From: Blasia pusilla
Taxonomy: Eukaryota
Assembly: GCA_050084515.1 (NCBI GenBank)
Contig: CM114271.1
Coordinates: 18,724,001 to 18,788,000, forward strand
DNA: 64,000 nucleotides
Reading direction: 5' to 3'
Shown: positions 35,494 through 48,981 of the stretch, piece after piece
Numbering within the stretch: the first letter of the stretch is position 1
Layout: every line of letters starts with the position of its first letter
Notes under the pieces: model-generated
The model's database searches: none
Told to the model about the DNA's origin: nothing
Seen by the model: the letters and a program-made list of their open reading frames with translations, nothing else
Program-made: the position numbers and the translations under genes

Positions 35494-35974
35494 AAAAAAT
35501 GAATTTGTACTATAATGGGAGGAGTGGTTTTGACATGGTGACACATGTAGAACACGACACATGTCTCTACAAACTCTACCATATTTCAGACTAGGCGTAT
35601 AAACACGGGGCGGAGGGCATAAGGACGGGTGAGGCGAAACATATATGCACGGGAAGGGGCCCGGGGGTGGACCGTACATGGCACGATTGCATCACGGGCA
35701 CTAACTAGTAACATCAAAACTTACAAGTAATAATCTGATAATTAAAAGAATCTCTCCAAACCGTGGTAGGACCCCGTGTTAGGGGAGAACCGGGGTTACG
35801 TGTAGAACTGGCCAAATTAAAAATTATCGATTTAAAACTATAAATTACATTACAGGATCTTCTATATATTCGCATCGAAATACCCTTTCGGGATTTGAAA
35901 ATTTACGGCCTTATTTTGTACGGACGGGAAACGGTCCTGTTCTCGCGAAAAAACTCCCCGGCCCTTTGTAGGAC

Positions 35975-36388
35975 ACATCTTCATCCCCCTGGCCATAGAG
36001 ATGTATGGGGCTATGGGGGAGAGGTTCGACTCGTTCCTTACGGACTGCGCCCATCATCTCCACTCGAGAAATGGGTTGTCCTTAGCTCTGCGATTCTGTA
36101 TTGTAGGCGCTGGTCTCCATAGCGTTGCAGCGTGCCCAGGCTAATGGGATTTTTGCGGGCTCAAGGTGGGAGACGCCGGCGCTAGAGGCCCACTTAGTAG
36201 TAGTCATAGCTCTCTTGTTGTTGCTGATATTGTCTCTGCTGTTGGTGAGTTTCGTCGTTAGGGGGGGGAATGCCCCCTTCTTCCTTTTCTGGTCGTGTTG
36301 TGGCCTTCACGTTTTGACTCTTTGAGTCCCTCTCTTTTGTACTTCCGATGGGTTTTCCATCACTCGTTTTTATCGAAGTGCATCTTTG
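35975..36388 (+). mobile_element. 5'-truncated CRE-like non-LTR retrotransposon (RLE C-terminus plus 3' UTR)
   Basis: Translates to FIPLAIEMYGAMGERFDSFL..CAHH and VSIALQRAQA, matching the C-terminus of the 41.4-44.9 kb element. Flanked by the 10-bp direct repeat TTTGTAGGAC (35965-35974, 36389-36398). Confidence 0.75.
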
Positions 36389-37261
36389 TTTGTAGGACCT
36401 TCCAAATGGGTCCGCATTATTATTAGTGGAAACGTGAGCTGGAAATAGCGTAGGAATGCTAGGGCGTGTTACCCTTTCTGTGAAGTACGGAGTCCATAAA
36501 TGAGGAACCTCCAATCACTTTGGAAAGAAGGGACGGTACGGCCGTCCGCCGCAGGACCACTAGGGCTGCCCGGCTGGCTCTACCACTGTCCGCAGTCGCA
36601 GGCAGGCACGGCGAGCGTCCCCGTGAGCCCGCCCGCACGGCTGCATCGTCGCGACAGTTTTACTGGAGGGGTGACGGAGGGACCGGAGGGTTGCTGCCGA
36701 CGGATGGAGACTTCGCGAGGGACGGAGGGCCGACCCTAGGAAGGCCGGCGACGGATGCTGGCGGCGACGGCGAGAGCAGGCGGCCGCCGATGCGGAGCAC
36801 GACACGGCTCTTTTCTTTCTGCGACTCTACTATCGCAGAGGAGAGGCGCGAGCACCAGCACGGGCGACGCGGTCGGGCAACCCGGCCCTGCATTGGAGAG
36901 GAGGCGGGAAGAGACCCGGCCGGGGAGCACATACAGAGGAAGGAAGAAGACTGGCTACTCTGTGGTCTGTGTTAGCGTGAGGAAGGCAGAGATTTCAGTC
37001 GACTGCAGCAGAGGAGGAGCTCGAGAATCAAGAACGGGAAGCATCCGCACAGGGGGAGGAGCAAGTAGAGGAGTCCCTTCCGGCGGTAGTTTCTCCAGTT
37101 GGCGAGTGGCAGCTCCATGGAGAGCAGGGATCGTTGACGCAAGCGAAGTACGTCGAGGTGGACCTGGAGAAGCAGCGATTGAAGAAATTGCAGGGTCGGG
37201 AATCAGTGGAGAAATTGAGGGGTGAGTTTGGGCTGTTTGGCATGTGTTGAGAAAGGGGGAT

Positions 37262-38848
37262 ATGAAGATACGAAGTATTAAGAATTTGGCAAATGCACAT
37301 CAAGACTCGATATGGGCGGCGACATGGGCACCGGCCACAGCAGAGAGGGGGGCCTTGTTGATTACCGGGTCGGTGGATGAAAATGTTAAGATATGGAAGG
37401 GAGATGATCTGGAGCTCGAACGGGTGAACACGGGGCACGCATTGGGAGTACTGGCTGTGGCTGCTCATCCGCTGGGTTCCATCGCGGCGTCAACATCCCT
37501 GGATAGCTTTGTTCGAGTTTTCGACGTCGACACAAATGCGACCATCACGACTCTGGAAACATCTCCCTCGGAAGCATGGCTCATGCAGTTTGATCCCAAA
37601 GTGAGTTAATTCGTGCGGTTGGTTCTCAGGCCTTTATCCTCCACGAGAAACATATCTCGCGTGCGTTCCGCGCAGTTTAGGGTTTATTGGCTCTCCTGTT
37701 GGGAGACGCTTTGTTTGAACGCCAACTTCTGACCGTTTGTTCCCCTTCTACGCTTCGTCAGGATTCCTCTGCGTCCCTGCCTCGCAAAACTCAGAGTCCC
37801 TTTCTTGTTTTCGTAACATATTGTAGGTAATGTTGGCTTTGAACGTTGGACATGAACATTTGAACTCCTGGGTCTGTCCTCCTGTAGAGTTTTCGCTTGG
37901 TGTGTTTCACAACGGCGGCCTCCCATGAATTACAGCGATGTCCTCCGTAAAAATGCTAACTGCCTACTCCTAGCAATTACCGTGTGCTTTCTAAGAGAAG
38001 TAATCATCGAATCACATTCCTTTGGTGTTTTTATTTTGAATTGACCTCTGGCACAGAATGAACTGTGTCTAGTTGGTTCTATGCTGGTTGGTGGTCAGAT
38101 TGTTGATCTGAAGTCGCTATTCTTTCTAAAATGTGTATTCTTTTTAGTGCGAACGTTCTGTCGAACTCTTATTAGGTCGGCAAGTTCATGACGAATGTCT
38201 GGACTGCAGGGTGAGATTCTGGCTGTAGCCGGTGGTGGTAGTGGGTCGGTGAAATTATGGAATACAAGCACCTGGCGGATGATCGATACTGTATTGGCAG
38301 TTCCGAAAGCGGAAACGAGTGACACAAGGCCGGCAGAGAAGCACAATGGCTCCGGAAAATTTGTCCTAGCTGTGGCTTGGAGTAACGACGGTAGGAGGCT
38401 GGCATGCAGCACAATGAACGGAACTATTGCCATATTTGATCCTGCGAGGGGTAAATTTCTCCAGACATTAGAAGGACATTCGATGCCGGTACGGTCTATG
38501 GCGTTCTCTCCTGTGGATTCAAGAGTACTATTCACGGTGTCTGATGATAAACACATTCACATGTATGACGTCGACAGCAGAAGTCTGATTAGTGCCTTCT
38601 CTGGCCATGCTAGCTGGGTTTTGAGTGTAGATGTGAGCCCTGATGGGACGTGCCTAGCTACTGGATCTAGTGATCGGACAGTCAGATTATGGGACCTTAA
38701 CATGAGGGCTGCAGTGCAAACCATGAGTGACCACGCTGACCAAGTCTGGTCAGTGGCATTTCGACCACCTGGTGGAGATGGGGTGCGTGTTGGAAGGCTG
38801 GCAAGTGTGTCGGATGACAGAAGCATTTCTCTATATGAATACACCTGA
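37262..38848 (+). CDS. VIP3: WD40-repeat protein VIP3/SKI8 (PAF1 and SKI complex subunit); exons 37262-37600 and 38210-38848, 325 aa
   Basis: Strong recognisable similarity to plant VIP3 (NAHxDSxWAATW...FVRVFDVDTNATI...SWVLSVDxSPDG...GRLASVSDD). GT-AG intron 37601-38209 joins the exons in phase 0. Confidence 0.93.
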
Positions 38849-39602
38849 TTGCATATTTCGTATGTATTCTCACACTTTCCCTGCATTTCTTTTTTGTGAA
38901 GTGGATTTTATCCACCATTTGAGCTTTGTTGGGTAACGAGCTCTTAGCACTTCCTTTCCAACTGTACGCTCCGAGGTCTTCGATGTGCTTTCAAGATTTC
39001 TCATTATTACTTACAATGGAGGAAAACGTATGTGGAGAAACTAGAGAATTGCAACAAATGCCATAGGGAGATAATCCTGGAAATTCAACAGGTAGGAGGT
39101 GGATGTAGACTTGTAGAAGGTGGAAAGTGAATTGACTGAAGGCATTACTGCATATAGGGTAGCAATATACTTCGCTGCAGAGGGATCGATCCTGGCGTCT
39201 GTATCACGCAACGTCTGGGAATTTACGACATCCGTTTCACGCATGAAACAACCTGGAGAGAATGGCTACCGCACATTTTTTCAGCATAGCACGCACCTTC
39301 AGAGTTCAAATTTGGCAGCCCCACCTTTCTAAGTTCTCATCGGGTATGCACCCATAATGTCCATTGAGAATGGAAAAACGACCTGCCCGATACTCTGGAT
39401 GATCGCATGATTCTTATGCGGTTTCTACGTTGGATTTGACCTTCACCGTGTTGCGCCACTTCAGGATAATGGAGAGTCGGAGGCAGATTTTCTCCGTCCC
39501 TTTCTTTCCACGAGTACTAGCGGATGACCATCTGATTGGAGAAGTAAGGTCCAACAAAGTGAATCTCACTCACAACATTGACAACCGCTTTCTCAATCGG
39601 CT

Positions 39603-39872
39603 CAGTAGACAACACCCAAGGGACTCTCTGCCGAGCTAGTCTACGATTCTTCACGACTCCCAGAGCGCTAAAATCTGCCGTGCTAGAGGCGAAATTCAGC
39701 CCGGTAACACGAGATTTAAGTTTAGAACGCAGTCATCCAGTAGATAACAGCCAAGCGACTATCTGCCGAGCGAGTCTACGATTCTTCAAGACTCCCAGAG
39801 CGCTCAAACCTGCCGTGCCAGAGACAAAATTCAGCCCGGTAACACGAAATTTAAGTTGAGAACGCAGTCATT
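39603..39872 (+). repeat. Tandem duplication of a 135-bp unit
   Basis: 39603-39737 and 39738-39872 align throughout (CAGTAGA...AGAACGCAGTCAT). Confidence 0.8.
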
Positions 39873-41438
39873 CAGTGACCCTATGGGAGGAGGTGTGAGG
39901 ACGATTCGCCCGGTGAATCGTCCTGTTATCGCGCACTTGTTGCCACGGGACATTCACCCCCCAACCCCACACCACACCCAGACAGACTCAAAGGGTATGA
40001 CGCACGGCGTTTCCCGCACGACTTCGCTGGCTGTCCGTCCACGACGATCAAATACCCGACGCCGTTCTCTCGGATCCGTCCAGCAAATGGACGGAGGGAA
40101 TCATAATCCGCCGTCCACTTCCGTTCGCACTAAGAATGATTGCGAACCTAAAAGCGGTTTTCAAGTTTTGAAATTTGTAAAACGTAACAATCACTTACGG
40201 TCCCTAAGGCCCCCATATCTCCATCTCTAACATTGCGTCAAGAATCTAACGCCACCGTCCATTTTGAGATGTGCAATTTGATGTCCATTTGCCCTGAATT
40301 TGATGTTCATTTGCCCTGAATTACGGGTGAATCTACTTCAACTTAACTATCTGATGAATTTCAAACCTCTTGTTACGAAGATTCATGTCATAACCTATGG
40401 TCTTCAATACACATTTGAACTGTATAGTACTCCTCCAATTTTAAAAGAAACACTTTTTTAAGGAAAACTACTCTTAAATATAAAAAGTCATCTAATTATT
40501 CCATCCACACTAGGAATTATTTAATTGTTTTCTTTTTAAACTAATTAAATAATTTCATTTTTTCTATTTAAAAAAATAAAAGAATTTTGTTTGTAATTAT
40601 TTTTATGTGATTCAATCTTTTCAATCTAAAGTCCAATGTGTTCATCTTTTCAAACTTGAATTTTGGGTTCTTCTTTTTTCCACTTAAGATTGAGTTTTCC
40701 AAAGTTCTTGGGATCTTTGGACCTCCTTCTCTCTAAACGTGCTCATAAATTCCTATACGCAATTTCAAATATAACACTCTCCTTATAGAGTGATACCCGG
40801 TTACCATTGGTTTAAGGGATTCCTCTTGCTTTTCTGGATCTTTTGATACGGGCTCGGCCCAACATTACGAACTCATTCCCTCATAACGGTCATTGGTGGG
40901 TGGCTCACTTACTCCTCACATCCTCTTTTTTTGGTGTTTTCAATTTCTTTCATAACTTTCTTTTGGAATGTCGGTTTTGGACGTGTTTGGGCTTGTTTTG
41001 ATCGTCTTGACGATCTCATTCTTTTGATATCAAGAAGTTTTTCTAGTTTTTTCTTCCTTCTCTGTAGGCGCCTATTTTTTTGTGCGGGTTTGTTTTAGGT
41101 CAATTCCTCCCAAAAGTCTTCCTTGCTCTTCCAACTCCTTACCTTACTGTTTTGCCCCTACATACGTTTACCATCTCCTTAAGGACATTAGAAATTCATA
41201 TTCTTGAGCCACCTCTTCCGATACTATATAGATCACTTTTCCTTTTCAATTGCTTTTTATATTTTTCTTATAGTAACTTTCAATCATAAATTCGGTATTG
41301 CCTAATCTTCATCTCTCCATCTAAATTTCTTTTGGACGGATTCCACTACTTTTTCTTTTCTTGTTATCCTCATACTTTCTCCAAACCACGTTTCATATGT
41401 CTTTTTGTGTCTTAGATGACTTGCCTACCTTTACTTCT

Positions 41439-44400
41439 ATGTCATCAGAGATGGAGTTGGATGCTCAATCTACTCGCTTATTTGGTTTTACACGCCCTCC
41501 TACAGCCGTAACCTCTCCCCCTGGTTCACCTCCTCATCGTAGATCTCGCCATTTTCCTCCAGATGCTAATACACCCATTAAACTCCCTACATTTCTTCCG
41601 GATTCTCCTCTTCTCCCTTCTTCGCCTTGTCCTCTTGAGCCTAATCTTGATCCATTATTACCGAATCCTTCTACTTTGCCATCCCCACATATCTCATCTA
41701 TGCCCTTGCTTCCAACTCCCATCTATTCTACCCGAATCTCCCCTCTTCCTCCTCCTCCTCCTTCCCCAACCTACTTACCCCCTCATCGTCAGCCATCACC
41801 ACCTCTTGCACCTCCTACCTCCTCTCCTTGTAACCCTTCTACTTCTCCATTTGTACCAAAGGTTCGTTGCATACCTTGTGGTAAGGAGTTTGCTCCTAAT
41901 GGGATCAAAAGATATCAGAGGTACTGTCGATCCATGCATGGGTCTTCAATCCCTAATCCCATACCACCTCTTTCTGCACTCCCCACAACAACTGCTTGGA
42001 CCTGGTTAAGCCAAATTGATCTCCTTCGCTCTTTCCATCGAGGTCTTCCTCGTCCTAGACTCTACACTTGCATTCCTATTGCTCTTCGCCCCATCATCCA
42101 ACAAGCTTTGCTTTTCCCTTTAGAAAGGTTAGCGCGTGACCCCACGGATATAAATTCTTGATATCTCCTATTACTCTTCCCACAATGGGTTTTAGTCCTC
42201 CCTCCAAGGGGTGGTGCAACGGGTCATCGTGAAACCTCCACACGTATTCAACGCTTTAGGTCTGGGGATTGGAAGAATCTTCAAAATTAGCATGTACTTC
42301 GAGCAGAGGCCTTAGCTGCGGCTCATCCCACTCAACATGCCAATCATGGGAGGCCTTCAATACAACAACGCCTTCGATGAAGTCTACTTTTGGGGCACGT
42401 TGGTGAGTTTTCACGTGCAGCTCGAGCATTGGGTCCTCTTTCTCCGGTGGTTCCAAGTGCGGAAACAGTGGCTCTCTTAGAAGCTCTTCATCCTCCTTCA
42501 AGTGGCGATGCTCCATCTTTTGTGGAAGACTATACAACGGACCTTGACTTGGAGCTTGACTTGGAGGTTTTCACAAGGGCTTTTCTGCATACTCCTCGCT
42601 TATCAACAAGCGGGCTGTCAGGGATGGTTTTTTAGCATCTCCGCGATTGCTTTATCCCAAAAGATTGAGCAAGTGGCTTTGTCTCTCTATATAAGGTGTG
42701 TCCACATATGGCGGCAGGTCGTCTCCCATTCTCTATCTCTTGGCTCCTAGGGGCTTGTCGCTCGTTGGCTATGGATAAGTCTCCTTCAGGTGTGTGCCCT
42801 TTGGCTATTGGAGAGGTTTTATACCGCTTGGTTAGTCGATCCCTATACTTGCAATTTCATCCTCACTTTAGTGCCCACTTATTTCCTCATCAATTTGGAG
42901 TGGCAACTCTTGGAGTTTGTGAGGATGTGGTGCATGGGATTTGCTCCACTCTTGATATTCATCCAGATTGGGTAGCAATTCAAGTCGATGTGGCTAACGC
43001 ATTCAATTCAGTTTCTCGTGCGGCCATCTTTGAGGAGTTACGTCGTGCAGGAGGACAACTTGCGAGCCTCATTCCATTTGTTTGCTCCTTTTATGCCTAT
43101 GATACGCCCATTATCTATTTCCATCATGCTACTTCTAGGGAATATAGTATTCTACAATCGGCTTGTGGCACACGTCAAGGTGATCCCATGGGGGGCCCAC
43201 TCTTTGCCATTGCCCATTTTTGTGCCCTTCGAGCATCAGCGTAAGCATTTCCATCTTGTCTTTTCCCTTTTATTGTTGATGACACTCACATTATAGGTCC
43301 TCCTTTTGAAGTGGTTCTTGCTTATACTCATTTCGTGGAGCAATTATCTTTCTTAAACCTTAAAGTCCAACCTAGTAAATGTGGAGTATGGTCTCCTTCA
43401 TGCCTTCCCTCAACATTCACCCCACCTACTCCTGATTTTCCCATCTACATTGAAGGGGTTAGAGTTCTTGGGGTCCCAATTGGCTTCATCGATTATGTCT
43501 CAAAGTTCTTGGATGAGGCCCTTTTGAAAGACGTGGAATGGCTTCATTTGTTACCTCATCTCGGGGATCCCCAAGTAGCTTATGGGATTCTCTCCCAATT
43601 TTTCTACAACGTCCTTCCTAACTTCTTCGCACTTGTTCTCCCACTTCAAGGTTCTTACATCGGTTGGCCTCTTTTGATGCTTCTATCTTGGCAACTTTTG
43701 GTCAACTTCTTGGCCCAAATACCTTTGAGGGAGAGGATGGTGTCTTTGCTTCACAACAAGCTATCTTGCCTATTTCTTTTGGAGGGGTGGGACTGTCCTC
43801 TATAGTTGCATCTGCTCTCGTCGCCTTTTTGGGGAGTTGGGCGTTGGTAGCACCGATTATGGCTTCAAGGTTTCTCCAAGGAGATACACCTATCTTGATG
43901 GATCATATCGCCCATGTAGAGGAGGGGGACTTGTTATTTCAACAACAACTGAGATCTGCACGAGCTCTTTTTCCTCTTGCTACACAAGCAATTCTACCCC
44001 CTTTGAGTCAACTGATTATGGAAGGGCTTGATCGACTTCAAGAGCATATCTCCGAGAATCTACATCAAATCAACTTTTCTAGCATTCTCTCCGAGGCATC
44101 CTCTGACGCTAATCGAGCTCATCTACATTCATGTGCGGGTACCGGAGCGGGGGCGTGGCTTACTGAAAATCCTCTTATTCTTCCATTTCATCTTCCTCGA
44201 AGTATATTCTCGACATCTTTGTGCTTACGTCTTGCACTTCCCCATCCTTCTCTCTTAGGTGTGCCGAATTGTGTATGCGGGGATCCCATTGATGCCAAGG
44301 GTATCCATATTCTCTGATGTGCACATGGTGGAGAACGAACGGCCACACATGATGTCATTAGAGAGGCGATAGCATGGGTGGCTCGTATTGCAGGATACAC

Positions 44401-45055
44401 CGTTGGGCAAGAGCAACTCCATGGCCTACCTTCAACCACACAAGCAACCTCTCGTCGGAGAGTGGACCTTGTTATGTCTCGAGGTGGATTTCCGACACTA
44501 GGTGATGTGGTGGTTGCTGATCCAACATGTTCTGACTTGGTGTGTCGAGCCGCACATACCAAAGGTTTGGCGGCCAAAGCTGCAGCAAGAATCAAGGAGT
44601 TAAGTTATGTTGTGAGACATGCGACTGATGGATTTATTCCTTTTGCGGTGGAAGTATTCGGTCATTTACATGTGTCTTTTGATACTTTCCTGAAAACATG
44701 TGCTCACCACTCCCTCGAGAATCATCACCTTGCCCCTTCCTGTAGTCCTTCTCTCTAGGTAGTTACTACTTATTTTCGGCAATGCATCTCAGTGGCCTTA
44801 CAACGTGCACAAGCCTTGGCATTGATACGTTGTGCGGAGGTGGTGGGGGGTCACTCGCCTCGTGGTCCATTCACGTCTGACCAACCACTCGTGTTCTTGT
44901 CAAATTTGTTTCAGGCTATCAATCGTGTAGCTCGTTGAGCCGGTGTTTGCATTGGCTTGTTGCTATTTTCTTTTTGCATTCTTGTATGCATTTTTTGACT
45001 CCTCTTTTGAGTTGTTATTACCTTTCTTTGTCCTCTTCTGAGGTTTCTTTTATAA
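41439..45055 (+). mobile_element. CRE-clade-like non-LTR retrotransposon (single ORF: zinc finger-RT-CCHC-restriction-like endonuclease), disrupted; ends approximate
   Basis: N-terminal CIPCGKEF zinc finger. RT motifs PLAIGE, QFGVA, VDVANAFNSV, GTRQGDPMG and IVDD. CxC...H...C knuckle followed by HD, RVDL, DVVV and KELSY of an RLE. The reading frame ends at TGA 44938. No APE domain. Confidence 0.82.
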
Positions 45056-45594
45056 TAAAGTGGATATATTAATAAAGGTGTAACTTAATAATTAGTCTTG
45101 TTTGCTTTTCAGAAAAGATAATAAAATGCCTTCTAAACCTTTTCACAAAATTTCAACTCTTTTAAACTTTCCTCTCTTAATAACATAGTTTCACACTAAT
45201 CATGTTTGTCATGCAACGATTAAAAAAAAGTTAAATATCGGCATCAATAGAACGGTTAGAAAATCATCCCGTAATAGAATTTAACTTTGGAATGTTAAGA
45301 TATGATCTGATCTCCACACCAATAAATTACAATTATATCTTTCATGTGATCCACTACATAATTAAAACACTATTATAGTGTCTTATGTTGCAAAAAAAAA
45401 ATGGTTCTTACTTGAATACATGTCGAATATCAAAAGTGGGTACAACCAAACTTCTAACTTGTTATGGAGGGAGTTGTTAAAGGGATGTAAATCACCCCCC
45501 AAAAGAGTAAATAATTTAGTTTGTTTTCTTTTCACTCTATTCTATATTTACCTTTGTTCCTTGGCTTATGGGCTTTTGTAGCTAGCTCACACTA

Positions 45595-45809
45595 TGGGAG
45601 ACGTTGGCACTAGAGGCCCACTTAGTGGTAGTCATGGCTCTCTAGGTGTTGTTGTTGTTGTTGTCTTTGCTTTTGGTGAGTATAGCCGGTAGGGGGATGG
45701 CCCCTTTTCTTTTTCCACGCTAGTTGTGGCCTTCAAGTACTCGACTCTTTGAGTCCCCCTCTTTTGTACTCTTGATGGCTTTTCCATCACCCGCTTTTTA
45801 TTGTGGCTT
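45595..45809 (+). mobile_element. Short 3'-end fragment of the same CRE-like family as 35975-36388
   Basis: Aligns to ~36167-36372 (CTAGAGGCCCACTTAGT...GACTCTTTGAGTCCC...TTTTCCATCAC). Possible CACTA TSD. Confidence 0.7.
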
Positions 45810-46825
45810 CACTAGCCCCTTTCATTCCTTTGAATGAGATATTAAACTCTCAAAGTTTGACCGATGTTTAAAGAGTTTACGTATGTCAAATTTGCATGGG
45901 AGAGGATCATTGGAATTAAATCACTATTGGGAAAATTTTGAGATCCAACCAAAATTTTGAAATTTTGGTTGTTGAGAATACTTTTTGGGAAAAATCTTCC
46001 AACAATTCTCGCCTGAAATATTTCTCCGAAACAATTGAAAATCTATAGAAGGGAAATTTATTTCCACAAAGCAGAGCATACCTCCATTTTAAGAAGGAAA
46101 TGAAATTTCATCATAAAAAAAAAAATTGAAAATAGTGCAATTCTAGAAAAAAAAAAATCATTCCTCTAAATCTTCCTTGACTTTATTATATATTTAAATA
46201 GTACTTTCCAAGTCACAAACCACCTTTATTTAAGTTACATTATAAATTATTAATTTCTTCATTCATGAATAATCATATATAACTTATTAACTTATTTTAC
46301 TTCTTTCCATAAAAATAAATATGAGACTTTATATTCCCTCTTTAAGATAATTTGCTTTCTCTTAAAAGAAACTTCCTTCACATAAGAACTCAAGTTTGGG
46401 GAAACAAAGGGGGACCAAAAAAAAAAAGGGAAGTTGAGCGCCCATAGACAAGTCTTTCCATAGGGCGCGTATAAGTTCACGGACATAGACATGACCATGG
46501 ACACACACTTTCTCCATATGCAACCATGCTTGCAAAGTAACAATCTATATTATTAAGGAAGGACTATCTCCCATGATGATACCCATATGGATGACCCTAA
46601 GCCCTAACCATACCCTCCCATGATGATGTGGATCAAATTTTATTAAAAGTCTTTTTACATTGAATTTAAGTTTTATATCATGCACGGGTATCTTTAAATT
46701 ATTAGTTGAGATTAATGGAGATGATTCTAGGGCAAGGGTAATGAGAAAGGAGGGAAGAAACAAGAAAGTGTGAAACACGGAGGCAAGTGGGAGAATGAGA
46801 AAGAAGGGGGAGGTGGGGCCTATAT

Positions 46826-47824
46826 TGTCGCAACCCTCATAACAAAATAAATGTCAAACGGAACATTAGAACTTTAGCGGGCTCATACTATGATGGTTGC
46901 GTTTTGGAGAGGTCTCTTGGAAAAGTCCTAGAGACAAAATACGCGAATAGAGTTTTGTGCGTTTTATCCGTTTATGGTCGCGACTAGGAAACCTAGACCA
47001 AACATGAACCAAGACTTGAGATGAGTCAAGTTTAGAAAGGTTGGTTACCAAAGAGGTGAGAACAATATTTGGAACACGTTTGGGGTTTTGACTATATTTC
47101 GGACCATAAAGTTTAGTCTCGATATGAGTTTGGGACAAGTAAGGTGGCGTTGGAAAGCTAATGTCAATCCACTTCCAACGCACCAAAGATCTCAGCAAAC
47201 GCACAAGCAAAGGCTGAGATATTGACTGAAAGCAACTCTATGGGGAGTTGGGTTGAGGGCCAAAATGAGGGGGCCGGCTGTCTTTTCCCCAAAGATTGGG
47301 GGAGGGCGGTGATCCCCAAAAGTAATAGTAAGGGGGAGTGTCTCCAAGGATTATTGGGATCCAAACCCATTTTGGGCGCCAAAGGGCGGCTCAAGGGCAC
47401 GGAATGGAACGAGAATTTGGAATTAGGACTTTGAATCCAAACCTGATCCAAGGGAGTGGATTTTGAAAGTCACTCCTAGACTCCAACCCGTGACTTATTT
47501 TAGTGAATCTTAGTTAGGGACTCATTGGAGGTCCATTGGATATTTGAGACCGCCAAACATGCAAACGCCGTTTAAGGTCCTAAACCGACCAAAAAAATTG
47601 TTTTAAGTCTTGAGAGACTTGCCTATATTGCAAAACAAGAGACTAGGAAGATTAAGCTTGATGAGAGACAGATTTGAGAACTCAGTGACTTAGAGCGTTG
47701 ATTGATCCTGACCTGACTAACTTGATTGCGTGTTTGAATGCATATCAAGATTGAGAGCGTGTCCTACCGAACGCACGCTTCTACAACACCAAAAATTACG
47801 TTCAAGGAAAGTAGGTGCACGACA
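46826..47824 (+). mobile_element. Solo LTR related to family B
   Basis: TGTCGCAACC...GTGCACGACA, homologous to 30883-31914. Perfect 5-bp TSD TATAT. Confidence 0.9.
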
Positions 47825-48709
47825 TATATGGAAAATTCCTTCCATAGCACAGATGTACGTCCATGAGTATGGACATATCTACAGATGCAAACTTTATTCA
47901 TATATAATCTTGGGTTGAATAGAATTTTAGAAATAGGTACCTCTTCTTTGCTGCCCACTATATCTTATGCCATGCAAAATAGAAATCACAAAATAGAAAT
48001 CAATCTTATATTCATCAAATTCTATCTACTTATATGATGCTCATATTATGCAATGTACAAATGTGAACTAATAAATATTTTATTCAATAATCTATGATTT
48101 TAAAATTACTCTTTTTATTTTTTGTCTCCTTTCATTGCATATACTACCAAAATTTTTGAAATTTTTTTTTCATGATAACAATTTCTTGATTTGCAAACAT
48201 CTCATCCATCTATTGATTAAACAAAATTAAAAACTTTTTCTTCTATTGATTGTTTGCCATGTGCAGTCTTCTAGTCACCATAATATACGTATTCTTACTA
48301 GATGCAATCCCCATGGATAACTTAGCATGGCATAACCGTAAGTGGAACCACAATTCCTTACTTAACCCCTCATCAAGTACGGACTCTTCTTAACCTCTCC
48401 ATTACTCTCTACTCTAGAGCTCGGACAGTATTTTTTAGTAGATGAGTTTTTTATCGGGACTACTGGAAACATTTAGGTTTTCTGAAATAATTCTCAGCCC
48501 ACCCCTAAGACTTTTTACCTTATCAAGTTTTTGCCCAAGATTTTTTTCCTTCTCAGGTTATTTCCTGCATGAAACTTGAGCCACCAGTTTTTTGATGGGC
48601 TTGGAATTGGCATGCCAATTTTTTCCTGTCACATTTTCTACCTTTCAGTTTAGTTCTGGTTATAAGCAAAGTCCCCAGTAGCCTTCTCAACTTACCTCCT
48701 CATTTTTTT

Positions 48710-48861
48710 ACCTCTAGCTGGAGTTGAACCAGAATTCCCCCTACCAGTTGGGGGCCAAAGGTGCTAAGAAACCTTCCTAGCCTTCTCACCTCACCTCCTC
48801 ATTTTTTTACCTCAGACTGGAGTTGAACGAGAATTCCCCCTACTAGTTGGAGGCCAGAGGT
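48710..48861 (-). ncRNA. Two tandem tRNA-like modules (48710-48762, 48809-48861) in hAT C4
   Basis: Minus strand ACCTTTGG-CCCCCA ACTGG TAGGGG-GAATT-CTGG TTCAACT CCAG-CTAGAGGT; stem changes are compensatory relative to C2. Confidence 0.45.
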
Positions 48862-48981
48862 GCTAAGAACTCTTCCTACAAGGAGTATTCATAAAATGAA
48901 CTTTCTTTGTAGGAGGGTTTGACTGCAGAAAATAAATAACTACTAGAAGCATTTTCAAAATGAAATGAAGTTATAGAGAAA

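Noticed and set aside
35670-35709. Helitron-like 3' end (weak hairpin then CTAG-T); similar motif on the minus strand near 48298-48335
   Set aside because: The hairpins are poor, with no matching 5' end or Rep/helicase; the neighbouring elements are explained as hATs.
36500-37225. Overlapping GC-rich ORFs upstream of VIP3
   Set aside because: No domain similarity; probably promoter/5' UTR sequence in which stops are rare.
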